Source: Basidiobolus meristosporus CBS 931.73
Lineage: Eukaryota > Fungi > Basidiobolomycota
NCBI GenBank assembly: GCA_002104905.1
Contig: MCFE01000011.1
Location: 124,001-188,000, forward strand
DNA: 64,000 nucleotides
Reading direction: 5' to 3'
In this document: positions 14,321 through 26,265 of the stretch, in pieces
How positions within the stretch are numbered: the first letter of the stretch is position 1
How the letters are laid out: the number at the start of each line of letters is the position of its first letter
Made by a program: the position numbers and the translations under genes
The notes under the pieces: model-generated
Databases searched by the model: none
The model's input: only the letters and a program-made list of their open reading frames with translations
What the model was told of the DNA's origin: nothing

Positions 14321-14689
14321 CTAGTTGCGCAGGCTGTTAGGGGTCAGAGTAAACCGAATGGTTTTCACTCTCGTACTCCCTAGATCGTTGGTAAATCCGA
14401 AGTCGATTGCCTCGTCAAAGTCGACTTTTCGGAGCTTTGCTCGAACGCTTTCTAGATCGTTAGAGAAATCAAGAGTATTACTCGTTTGTGACATCTCTAA
14501 GCATACAGTGGTCCTTGGATGCATTTTGATGAAAAGAGAGGGCCGGGCATCATCTGGGCTTGCGTATTGGCCGGACTTGTGATCGAGGATTGGTACAATG
14601 GAGGAGCTTCTAGCAGTCTTCGGGGAATCGGAGCAGCGCTCGATTCTCTCAACTGTGCAGCAACTACTTAGGAATGACAAAATGAACAT
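14321..14689 (-). CDS. Small orphan protein, FTLTP-motif family paralog B
   Basis: 122-aa ATG ORF, MFILSFLSSCC...DFSNDLESVRAKLRKVDFDEAI...TIRFTLTPNSLRN. TATA-like element ~85 bp upstream. Confidence 0.78.
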   Translation of the reverse strand: MFILSFLSSCCTVERIERCSDSPKTARSSSIVPILDHKSGQYASPDDARPSLFIKMHPRTTVCLEMSQTSNTLDFSNDLESVRAKLRKVDFDEAIDFGFTNDLGSTRVKTIRFTLTPNSLRN

Positions 14690-14761
14690 GTTCGTATCTA
14701 TCCGCGAATGTGGAAATCCAAGGTAATAAATTCGGGCAACCCATAACGCCTTGGCAATGCG

Positions 14762-14778
14762 GCCTGCGTTTATATAAA
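14762..14778 (-). promoter_or_regulatory. TATA-box region of paralog B (TTTATATAAACGCAGGC)
   Basis: Lies ~75-90 bp upstream of the ATG at 14689. Its TAAACGCAGGC part recurs at 13021-13031, upstream of paralog A. Confidence 0.5.
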
Positions 14779-17534
14779 GTGACTGTGCGAAATGTCAGCT
14801 GATCCTGATATTCGTTGAATGGTCGCCCACTGTTAAGACAGTAGCTGCTTGGTTTGATATTGTAGTTTGGGCTTGTTTCCGCTCATCTGGATACGGCGAA
14901 AAAAGGCTCCCTCGAATTATCTAGTAATGGCAATGACATAGTTTGTTTAAGATGCAATAAACCAATGCAGCCTCGGTCATGTCTTCATTCAATTCAGTTT
15001 TACCGGAAGATTCATGTATATACATAGATGCTGGCTATGCGCTCGGGAGTCTGAGATCACCCGCCTCAAATAAAGATTGCTGACTGCTTACTTGTCCTAA
15101 TATGGGCTTGAACTACTCAACCAGCATGAATCGGCATTTCCAGCTAATCAACTTGCTCCCCAGAAAGGATGTCTAGACTTTGCCAGTAGGAATGGACTTG
15201 GCCCATCGTAAGCTTTCGATCCGCCCTTGTGAGCCAGTACTCCATTGGATCTGCGCTTGGATGGTTGGGTTGAGTGTGGATGGGTGGTTCAGATTAGATT
15301 CACGCCACGTCACAGATTTAGTTGCAGATATATTTGATTAGCCGGATATTCGAGGGCGATCAGCTATCTCGATAATAGATTGGCTTATAATAATAAAAAT
15401 AAATTTCAATACTCGAGTTCATCAATGTCTAAGATGTATCCAAAAAGCACGATCATATCAAAGACTTTTAGCCCAGCAGTAGAAACATTCACAGTATGGT
15501 CCCAAACATCGTGCAAAACACAAAAGTGATGGGAAGCAGCACTCAATGAATGCCAATGTTTCAGCGATTTATACGGTATGCTCGGTGAATGTTAGCTAAA
15601 TAGGAAAGAATCCGGCAGCACATGTCTAAATCATATGCAAAAGCCGTCCATCCACTCTCATTGAATTCAGACAATTTGCATAGTAAGCCAACCCATCTCC
15701 CAACATGATTCGCTGGCCAGGTCATTGCTGTTGCCCATAGAAAATCCCTGCTGAGAAAGATCGAGGAATATGGATTGATAATGAGTGAAACAAAATGCAT
15801 CTAGCTCTTCTCCGGACTCCCCAGATTATCCGATAGCTCATCACACTACATTTAAAATTGGGCTATTGCTGGACGCTCCATTACTGCGCGAAGATCTACT
15901 AAGCCTGGCGTGGGGGATACTCCGTGAAGTTAGAGCCGAGGTAGCGATTCTTGAAAGCCATCCACCATTTAAGTAAGTAAGCCACGGTAAGGCTATAAGC
16001 AGATCTAGTGGATCCAGAGATATTTCCACTATTCATCGCGATTTTCCTGTGTATTGCACCAAGACCAAGGCGCGTGTCTCAGGAAAGCCAACGGCCGGTC
16101 AAGTTCCGAGAGTTAGTACAGTTTATGTTACGCTCGATAGACGATAGTTATTCTTGGTGCTGTAGTACAGGGAACTTGATAGGAAGCTTTTATTAATAAA
16201 CTAATGCTTGATTTTTCTCGATGTCACAGATTTTTGCCGTTGACTTGACCACACTCGATTCCTCATTTTTCCTGGAGACAAGTACATTGGCCCATTCAAG
16301 AATACTGAAATCGCATACTTTCTAGTAGGACAGCCAACAGACTGACCCATGGCGTAATTAGATATTCTCATTCAGGGGAACATCGTGAAAATGACTGGTG
16401 GCACGATCGGTACTTTGCAATGCTGTGGAAATAGGATGCCACAAAAGTTTACACTAGATTAGTGTGGATCACCTTCATCGTAGCTTTTGTATGCATGCAT
16501 TTTCGAATTGGACTGGCATATTCCTGCTAGATTCAACGGATCTTCCAGCAGTCTACAGCTGTAGACTGTCTGCCTACAAACGAAGCACATGGTTTAAGGC
16601 TCATTGTAATTATATGACTTCAAAGGGTGCTTCAGCAAGTCCATCCATCACAAAGACCATTGCTAATCGTACCATATTAGTGACAGTGTTGTGTCAACCC
16701 AACTAGTTTCTCTCCAAACTTGAATACCGCTGGGAACTCGTATTGCTGAATATAAGCCACTGCTCTATCATTCAGCATCGGTGCTACCAATTTCAAGAAT
16801 ATCGAGTTCTAAAGTATCCTCTTTCCTATTTCGGAAAGTGGTTCCGCCGAATGCTCAATTTCACTGCCAGATGTGCTACTTTCAGATAGGCAATGCATTA
16901 ACATCTCCATGCACTTTTGGTGAGAAAATTGGTGATTTCGTATCTAGTAGTTCTCTGTTAGACTCCGTACAATATGTGCAACGTAGACAGCAACCCCCAC
17001 ATACACTTTCTAACTATGGGGCAACCCCATCTTACTCTGATAAGGCTTCCCTAGGTTAGAGTGTTAGTGAAAATGGAGCTGGACTCATGCGAGAATGAAA
17101 TTTCACTATTTTACTGTCATATCACCATGCTGTCAGGTTCCGCTTCCATGTTGCCTTGTTACATAACCAGATAACAGCTGCATCAAGGAGTGTGGACATT
17201 ATCCAAGAATATGCCTGATTCATCACTCCATGGGATTTCAAATATCTATTGCATGATCAGTAGGAGGATCCTTCCAGAAAGGAAATTGATTCGTAAAACG
17301 CGAGCCTAGCACAATATTAATTTAGTATTAATGTAAAGTATATGGGTTGCCTATCCTAGATGATGGAGGGCAGATCAGGATAGTTTGTAACTAATTAGTA
17401 TTCTGCTATTACCGACATTCTAGCGTATCGATACCAGTCATAGGTACTGAATTTCCTTACATAAATAGACTACCTACTTTCCTTTACCGTTGTACCCTTC
17501 TTGCATTGATTCAACCACCACAACCCTACTCAAT

Positions 17535-18948
17535 ATGACTAAAGAAAAGGTTGCCTTAATCGGTTCAGGAAACTGGTATCTATCTTCTCTACAACCCAGC
17601 CATACTTTGCTTCTTACTTATAATGCCTAAATTTCCCCAGGGGTTCTGCTATCGCCAAAATCGTCGGTAGTAACGTTCTCAAAAGTTTTGATTTCGACCA
17701 GGAGGTCCGCATGTGGGTTTTCGAAGAGATAGTTAACGGCCGGAAACTCACCGAGCTCATCAACACTGAACATGAAAACGTCAAGTATCCTTTTTATGCG
17801 AAAGTCCTCCAATACTGATCCGACCGCATACTGTCGAGAGATAGTTGGCTACCTTTAACTCGCTTTCTACTTTGAAAAGATATCTACCAGGCATCAAACT
17901 CCCCGAGAGTGTTGTCGCTGTGCCTGAACTACTCGAGTGTGTGAAGGATGCTACTATACTCATTTTTGTTGTTCCTCATCAAGTAAGAGTATTCTAGACT
18001 AGATCGTAGCAATCTTTAATAACACCTTGTACCGCAAGTTCTTGAAAGGAATTTGCAAAAGCTTACTAGGGAACATCAGACCAGATGCCAAGGCTATCTC
18101 ATTGATTAAGGTGATTTTCAAGAATTCACTCCGCCAAGACAACTCCCACATATTGTTATTGTAGGGCCTCGATGCTTCTGCTAGCGGACTACGATTGTTC
18201 TCACACATCATCTCGGAAGTCTTAGATATTGAAGTCAGTGTCTTATCCGGTGCCAACATTGCCAATGAGGTTGCGGAGGAGCATTTTTGCGAAACCACCA
18301 TTGGTTCTCGCCAAAAAGATGATGGGGAAACCTATTTTAAACTCTTCAACACACCATATTTTAGGGTTACTGTTGTTGATGATGTTGCTGGAGTGGAGAT
18401 CTGTGGTGCATTGAAGAACATTGTTGCTATCGGTGCTGGTATTATTGATGGACTAAGGTAAGAGTTTTTCACAAAGTAACACCAGGAATGTAACTTATTC
18501 ATGCTGTCACTGCAGATTGGGCGAGAACACCAAGGCTGCTATTATGAGAATAGGCTTAATGGAAATGAAGCGTTTTGCCTGCTCATTCTGGTCTGGTGTC
18601 AGAGAAGAGACGTTCTATGAAAGCTGTGGGGTCGCAGATCTTATCACCACTTGCGCAGGTGGTAGAAATCGCAAGGTTGCAGAAGCTCATGTAGCGACTG
18701 GAAAGCCCTTTGATCAACTGGAACGTGAGATGCTCAACGGTCAAAAACTACAGGGTACACTTGCTGCACAAGAGGTTCATGAATTCCTTAAAGCCAAGAA
18801 AATGACTGAAGAGTAAGTCTAGCTGTTGCTCGTTGACTCTGCATCTATTGCTAAAACTATGTGATGTCCTAGGTTCCCGCTATTCACAAGAATCTATCAA
18901 ATCGTTTACGAGGGTGCACCACCTCAGGCTATTGTTGAGGGGCTTTGA
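17535..18948 (+). CDS. GPD1: NAD-dependent glycerol-3-phosphate dehydrogenase, multi-exon
   Basis: [88 protein letters not shown] and GQKLQG. Confidence 0.97.
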
Positions 18949-19744
18949 ACTTCTACCTCTATGTATTGTACAGTCAGTTTCAGAAGCTTATTTAGGTGGC
19001 ACGCTCATGATAATTTATCTGCTTCGAAATCAACCTTGTATGGCTACAAAGCGAATATGTAGTTATTGAAATAAATCATCTATTGGCACTTCCTACATAA
19101 AAGCCACAACCGACTTGAGGCCACAATGGGGTGACTGTCTATTGAAATACTACTCCTTCGAGGTGGCAGAATATAGGCTGTTATACACCACAAATAGTTA
19201 GCGGCCCCATCTTCGAAGTTGTTATACACATATTCACGTAGCATACTTATGCCCAATCAATTTCGGTCACATGTGGTGCTATATTCGCCGTCATTGGCTG
19301 GTGAGCAAAATGTGACAGCAGAGCTTTATCGAAGATGATTACACTGTCGCCCATGAGATTCACACAATCCCATATTACAAGCCGATTTGTAAGAGATTAT
19401 CACGATCTACAGCTCATGAGGATCTAAGACCAATTTATGCTAAATACCGGAAAATACTCTATCAGGAAATGTAATACACAAAGCTCAGATTGTCTTGAAA
19501 ATTTCGCAGGAATGAACGGCTTAGAGATGTAAACAGAAGCAAACCACAATTAAGCTGAATCGTTCAGAAACGCTTGGATTGATATCTATGATTACTGAAA
19601 ATAGCTGGTTCTTTTATTCGACTTCTAGAATACAGAATAAATTGCTAGGTAAAGTATAGGCTGCAGGAGTCCAATCCCTCTCGTCAAGATGCACCCACAT
19701 ATGTATTTTATAGCTGTGAAATTCCTGTATCTAATACAGTTCGT

Positions 19745-21209
19745 CTATGCAATCGCAGTTAAATTTCTGTGGACCTTAAACTTCAGATAGAGCACCATAG
19801 CAGCCCCTAGAAGGTAAATCCCTCCAGAAAAGCCAATTACTCCAGTGTAGGAGATGTTCGGGCTGGTCGAGTCTAAAATAGCACCCGAAATCGGGGTGCC
19901 AAGCAAAGTACCCACAGTGGAAATTCCAAAGACAATCCCAATTCTTGTAGCAGTCTGATCGAGACCAAACATGCTGGTTGTCACAATGGGTAATAGGCTA
20001 ATCAAACCACCACCCATGATTCCGTATACGACGGAGAAAAATATCAATACACCAAAGCTTTTGGCAAAACTCCAGATCAGCAATATGCTTAATCCTCCAA
20101 CGAAAGGTGATAAAAATAATGTGTTCATAGCCCCAAGATAGTCCGATGTTATACCTAACCCAAGTCTTCCGACAGCTGAGAATCCATTAAGAATTCCCGT
20201 AATAAGTGCACCTTGGTCTGGAGTCAATCCAATGTCACCTGCGTAAGCTAAGAAAGGAGAGTTAAGGAATTCGTTCATATCTGCTTAGAAACCACAAATG
20301 GGCTTACTAGGTAATAGATTGAATGGAACGAAAAATCCAAAGAAAGTGATCATGGCGATGGATGAGAGTAAGAGTAATCGAGGATCCTTGATCACCTTAA
20401 AGTATCCCGCCAGAGTAACATCTTCCGGAGAGCTACGGATTCTGGGTTTGGTCAGGATGGTAGCAATCAAACCGATGAACAAATTCATGATCGCTATAAT
20501 CCTTAACGTCCATCTAATTCCAACCTTGGCCAATAAAAATTGCGCTAGGGGATTGTAGACAAGACCACCAATGCCAGACCCCGAAATCCCCAAGCCTAAA
20601 GCTAAACCTCTTCGCTTGTGAAACCACTGAGGAGCAGCACCAAGTGGTGGGAAATACAGTAGACCACCACCAACACTATACATAAACCCTTGGGTCAAAA
20701 ACAGGTGCCAAATCTAAAAAAATACATTAGAAATATGCGAAGTATTTTTGCTTCCAACGAATCGGCCTCACCTGGGTTGAAAACGAAGAGATAATGAATG
20801 AAGCAGACAGTAGAACGACACCAACAAGCATGGTTCGCCTATAGCCGAGCTTCTCGCATATAGAGCCGGCCACTAGCCCCCATAAATCAAGACAGGACAC
20901 ACCAATAGTTCCCACAAAAGATATGATGCCGTTGGAAGTTTCCCCGAAGATCTTGGATTCGACATAATAGCGTTGGAAAATCCCCCATGTAAAGCAAGTT
21001 CCCAAGATACAAAAATGAACTAGAAAGCATGCCAAAACAACAAGCCAGCCATACCCCCCGTCAGGCGGTTTATCTGCATCGCTTTCGATCTTTTCCTTGC
21101 ATATTGTTTCGGTTGTGTTGAAGATCTCCTCTTTAGAAATAGCCAAGTCTATGGCGCTGTTTATCTCTTGGCTTTCGCTAGGCTTCGCTGGGATCTCCTT
21201 GTCTGTCAT
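19745..21209 (-). CDS. MFS monocarboxylate transporter (MCT/Mch-like), 3-4 exons
   Basis: PPDGGYGWLVVLACFLVHFCILG, QWFHKRRGLALGLGISGSGIGG, GRLGLGITSDYLG and GTPISGAILD; ~12 hydrophobic segments. Confidence 0.93.
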
Positions 21210-23184
21210 TCAAATTCTCAGTGAAAGCACCAGTACCAATAGAAGGCTTGCGGATACAAGGAGAGGAATTGATCTATGAAAAGTGATCGTCTTCCATATT
21301 GTCAAACCCTGTTATATAGCCATCCGTTTGGGAGGATTTTCTTTTTTCAGCTTTGCGAAGGGGACTTATGTGTAATGTTGAGTAATCGTGGTTAAAAGCT
21401 AATAATATATATGCTCTTTTTTGGACGGCTAATAATCTGGTTGGTTTTCACATAGAGCCTGCTCATTTTGATATTCCCACCACGTAATGACCCAAAGAAG
21501 CCATCATATAGTTATTAGCTCCATTATGTGTTTGAATCCATTTGAGCCACCCATCCAATTCTGTCGACCAAACCCCTCTAGAATAGCAATCAAATAAGAG
21601 CAAGCCCAAACAGAAAATTCCCTCTTCCCATTATTGGCAATATTTCAATTAGCACCATGGGAAACTGGCGCCGTTGACCGTTAGTGGGATATTTGTTAGC
21701 GTGGTAGTACAAACCTGAATGACCCCAACGTTTTTGGCGGAATCGTGAAAAGGTAGAAAACCTTCCTACGGATTTAGACGATGTGGTTCCCTAATCTTCA
21801 GCTTGAGCCTGTTCATTTGCGGTTTCAAAATTGAGGACATATATAGATATGGTTTGGGATGAAAATATCTGGTTGACACTAGTCTAAAAATTGCTCGTTG
21901 TAATGTCTAATTAACGAGTATTTCCACGTTCCAAGTGTGCAAGCTAATTCCATGATACTGTTTAGGCTCCATTCCTTCACCATTCTTCACCGTGATCGGG
22001 ATTCTAACGCGATTGGCCTGGCGAGCCCAACATTCCAACAGTGAGATGACTCATATCAGTTATCATCCATCAATCTAGCAGTTAACATTGTTTGGGAAAC
22101 GTGCTAAATGAGGTAGTATTAACGGGGTCCTTGGAAATTATCTGATACCACAACTCTTGTTCGTTAAAAAAAGTGCATTGAGGTTCTTGTAGGCATTTTA
22201 CAGAGATTTGCAATCTGCGAATAGTATCGCGTTTGCCTAATATCTGGATTAAGGCTCAAGTGGCAAGTCATTGTACTGAGTGCGCCACAGCAAAACATTC
22301 ACAGGTCATAATTGTGTTTTGAACCTCAATAAATGCTCTTATCTCAACCATATTCCAAGTTGATTTGCATGCAACTTTCGGAAAATTGATGCTGCTATCT
22401 GCAGTAAGAAACGAAAATTGGGGAGTTTCAGAGTTTCTTGGCACAATAATAGGTCCTCATCAGCAATACTCAAACTTTGGCGCAATAAGGGAAAATACTT
22501 GGAATCTTGTATAGGTTATGATCACTGCCCGTCTGCTGCATAGAAGCAACTACGCTTTATTCAACGAAGATCGAGGCCTCAAAAATCACGATGCTACATG
22601 CATCTACAGATGCTGACTTTTTGATATACTCATTATCAGTTTGTTATAGATGTAGGATTCCAGCAACGAATACCATGAGATTATTCAAGCCACAACATTA
22701 TTTTGCGTCAAAATGTGGTTAGCCAAGCTTCTTCTGTTCTCATTTTCCTATTGTTTAGTCTGCCTGGGATTTGTAACTGCAACTCATTTAACGTGTTGGT
22801 TTCTTTAAGGATACTATCATCAAACATAACCGATCTCTACACAAAGGAAATTAGGCAGGTTCTGTTGTATGTGTGAATGGCTCATATCGGATCAACACGG
22901 CCTAATGCATTTCCTATGCACCATAGATTTCCACTAGAGTTGTCATAAATAAAGCCCTTGCCGCACATACTGAGCCACTTGGGACGAGAAGTGCTCAACT
23001 GTAACACCCAAGGTCAGCGAATTTAGGTCTTTCCCCTCACACCCGTTCACACCGGTGCTCCCAGCCTCATCTGCTGATACGAGTTTCTATCAGCACACAT
23101 TAATCGTAATTCGTGGATGCCTCTACACAAAGATATCGCACCTTCATAACTTCGCCCCTCAGCCCTATACCATCTATCGGAAAT

Positions 23185-24672
23185 ATGAGCCGCTCATATA
23201 TGCTCAACTACTTGATGATTGTATTGATTGATGGCTTCATTTTGTCTACTACATTGCTATTTATCTGCAGTAGAAGCAATCTCAGCATCCAATTCCGGTC
23301 CACATTCCTGACTTCTCTTGGTGCGCTTTCTGCAATCATCATCATCACATTCATATTTCTCTGGGAAGTAATCGTCCCATACTATTCATGTAACCTTATT
23401 CACTGGATTCTTAATCCCAGTCTTAGCTTATACCTACTCTGCACCATTGGCAAGTTCGTGCGACTGGCATTTCTGTATCATCTAAACAAGGCCGAACTGC
23501 TTGTGGCCTCTAGTCCAGCCTCGTACACTCATTTTGCGTTCGCAAAAACCAAGGAAACGGAGTCTACAAGAAAAAGGGGCGAATATGTTCACAGCCTGGT
23601 CCGTCTATCACGAACCGACCTCTTCGACAGCTTCGATACATACAAACTTCTTAATCGTAATTGGTACTATCGACATCGAAACCTATTCACAATCCGCTTT
23701 CTATCCTTAGTTATTGTTGGCACGATTTTTATACAGCTAATCTACACAATGAGTATCCATTTTTTAACACAGGTGGATACAACGCCGATCACCAGCTATG
23801 GTCGGTGTCCAATTTTCTGGCAAACATACCCACTAATAGGACTACTGATATTGTATCTGCTTGCCTTGTTGATATTCGCCTTTTTCATCCATCGAGGTGT
23901 CAGAGACGTACACCACATGAGAAAGGAATACCTGACGACCTTGGGGTTAGGATTGACGTTCACGACACTACAAATCATAAGCTCCACTACCTCCTGGTTA
24001 GAGTTTACTGACCCATACCTAACACCTAATTTTTGGCTTCTCGTGGGATTGATAACTATCCACATAATCTCGGTATGTTATCCTCTATTCTATATTCGAG
24101 TGAAGCTTCGAAGAGAGAGCAGATTGGTCGCTACAGAGCAGCTACAATTTGACCAAATATTACAAACACCGTTTCTTTTTGAGGAATTCAAAAGGTTCAC
24201 CGCCGACCAGTTTACAGTGAACTACGCGCTATTCTACGAAAGATGTCGAGATCTTCAGATCCTATCCCGACGTCTAGAAGATTCAACCAGTGAAGCCAAG
24301 GTGGCGGAGTTTATCCCAATTTCCAAAGACTCTACTCTTGAGCTCAACGAGACTGCCATTGTGGTTGATCTGGATCCTGAAATATCCGAAAAAGTGGAGC
24401 CTTGGATGATCAACGAACTTAAAGGAATCTATAAGGCCTTTATCGACCAAGATGCATACATGAGGATTGAGTTAAACAAGAATCTGCAAGATGAAATTCG
24501 GCGAAAATATGAGAATTCCGAAATCTCCTTGAGCTGGTATGACGACGCCCTAAGGGAGGTTTATCATCTATTACGGAAAGGAAGTTACCCACAGTATTTG
24601 GGATGCAGACTAAGGACACGGAGTTGTCCATCCAGTACAAGGTTGAAAAGGAAGAACAAGTTTGACAAGTAA
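23185..24672 (+). CDS. Seven-transmembrane receptor-like protein fused to a C-terminal RGS-like domain, intronless
   Basis: Seven hydrophobic helices are followed by FDQILQTPFLFEEFKRFTADQFTVNYALFYERC...IYKAFID...IELN...YDDALREVYHLLRKGSYPQYL (RGS fold pattern). First in-frame ATG is at 23185. Confidence 0.85.
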   Translation: MSRSYMLNYLMIVLIDGFILSTTLLFICSRSNLSIQFRSTFLTSLGALSAIIIITFIFLWEVIVPYYSCNLIHWILNPSLSLYLLCTIGKFVRLAFLYHLNKAELLVASSPASYTHFAFAKTKETESTRKRGEYVHSLVRLSRTDLFDSFDTYKLLNRNWYYRHRNLFTIRFLSLVIVGTIFIQLIYTMSIHFLTQVDTTPITSYGRCPIFWQTYPLIGLLILYLLALLIFAFFIHRGVRDVHHMRKEYLTTLGLGLTFTTLQIISSTTSWLEFTDPYLTPNFWLLVGLITIHIISVCYPLFYIRVKLRRESRLVATEQLQFDQILQTPFLFEEFKRFTADQFTVNYALFYERCRDLQILSRRLEDSTSEAKVAEFIPISKDSTLELNETAIVVDLDPEISEKVEPWMINELKGIYKAFIDQDAYMRIELNKNLQDEIRRKYENSEISLSWYDDALREVYHLLRKGSYPQYLGCRLRTRSCPSSTRLKRKNKFDK

Positions 24673-26265
24673 CGGCTTCCCAACTCGTAGACTTCTACTA
24701 TTTCTGCGGAACTCTGCAACTATAGAACAGTTGGATTTCTCGGATATATTGCCATTGATAATCAACTTTCGTGCCATGAAATGGCTGGCGTGCTACCGAG
24801 TTTGCCGCCGCTTCCTAAGCCAATTTGAAAGATGTCTATTAGCAATAGGTTTGAGTCATTGGGAAACATAAGTGTGATGCTACTGATGCACCATTCTAAC
24901 CGTGCTAATTACTAACCAAAAGACGCATCCTTGTATCTGCATGAAAGCCACAGTAGGTCTTATAAAACACACCTGGATTCCCTTCCCTAAAATTCGCATC
25001 AATCCTTAGTAGGATGCTCACCTTTCCCCGGAACACACCATTGGCTTATAGCACTGTTTGAATAGACATGTTGCCAGGCTTGAATCATGATGGTGAATTC
25101 ATTGTTTTACTTGAAATATATAAATCTATTTTCCAAATTGGTCATATTACATGTGGACTACATACGGTCATATGTGACCTTTGTTTGGAAACGGCCCAAA
25201 TTGGAAATCGAACTATACACACATCTTGCATTCTCCAAATTTATCAAGACAGGTCTCACTGTTGGTACAACGGGGATTCAAATGCCCGTTTAATTTACTA
25301 TATCCCAAGCCCCCTATACTCTAAAACCACGCAGGCATTTCTCAAGCTCCTCGAATTACTTGGATTTCCAGTCATTCGCAAAGCTCGGCTCCAGCAAAAG
25401 TAACATCAGATGCACCGTAACCTTGAATAACGACTTGATTGGCTCTGGACTTCAATCAGTCAGAGTTTGCTAGCATAGTTCGAGGACCTAGTATCACGAT
25501 TCGTGTACATCTTCATACCCCATCACCTGCTTTTGCTTACATAAATCACTAACAATACGGCAGCATGATGAGCCCTTTCCCCGCTTTTTTATGAGTGAGC
25601 TCCTTGAATCAACACACGAGAATATATTAGGATCGAACCATACAGAAGTAGCTTTACACTTGACTTAATAAAAATAAAATGGGAGGGGTAAAATCATTAC
25701 TCTACTAGTTGAAACAACAGCTGTATTTAGATCACTAGTGTTAAAGGCATCATCTTGATTTCGATGCCTTGCGTCCTTGGAACTCCCATAAAGAATATGT
25801 ATGGTACAGGCTTGCATGAAGCTTTAGTAATGATCATAGATTATCGATTAGTCATTCCTGCGGTTCGTTACATGGTCAACATTCTACTGTGAAGGTCATC
25901 TGACCAGTTATGTAATACCGTCATATATAATTGACTCATTGCTTAGTGTATAATGCATATATTCATGATACTTGAGCTAATTCTACTGGGTATCCATCAT
26001 TTAACAACACAGCATGCTATTGACGCATCTGTAATTAGAATGATGATCTGATACAATTTCGCACACATTCGATATGCAACTAATTCGTATAAATATTCAG
26101 CTGACTGCCTCAATATGGATGGGCACCAGTTGTCGATTCAAGTGATTATCGTAAACCTTTGGTCTCCAAAACTAGAACAACCATCTGCTATTCATACTTT
26201 TTATATCATACCTTCTCCACTTCCACTCCCACTCCTGGCAAAGCCTTCTTTAAAGCTTTAATCTC

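Noticed and set aside
15561-17059. Scattered 60-90 aa ORFs on both strands
   Set aside because: Could be a decayed gene, but no coherent frame or family could be assembled.
25068-25403. Fragment FVWKRPKL...AFSKFIKT reminiscent of post-F-box sequence
   Set aside because: Too short, no F-box core visible, and surrounded by stops.
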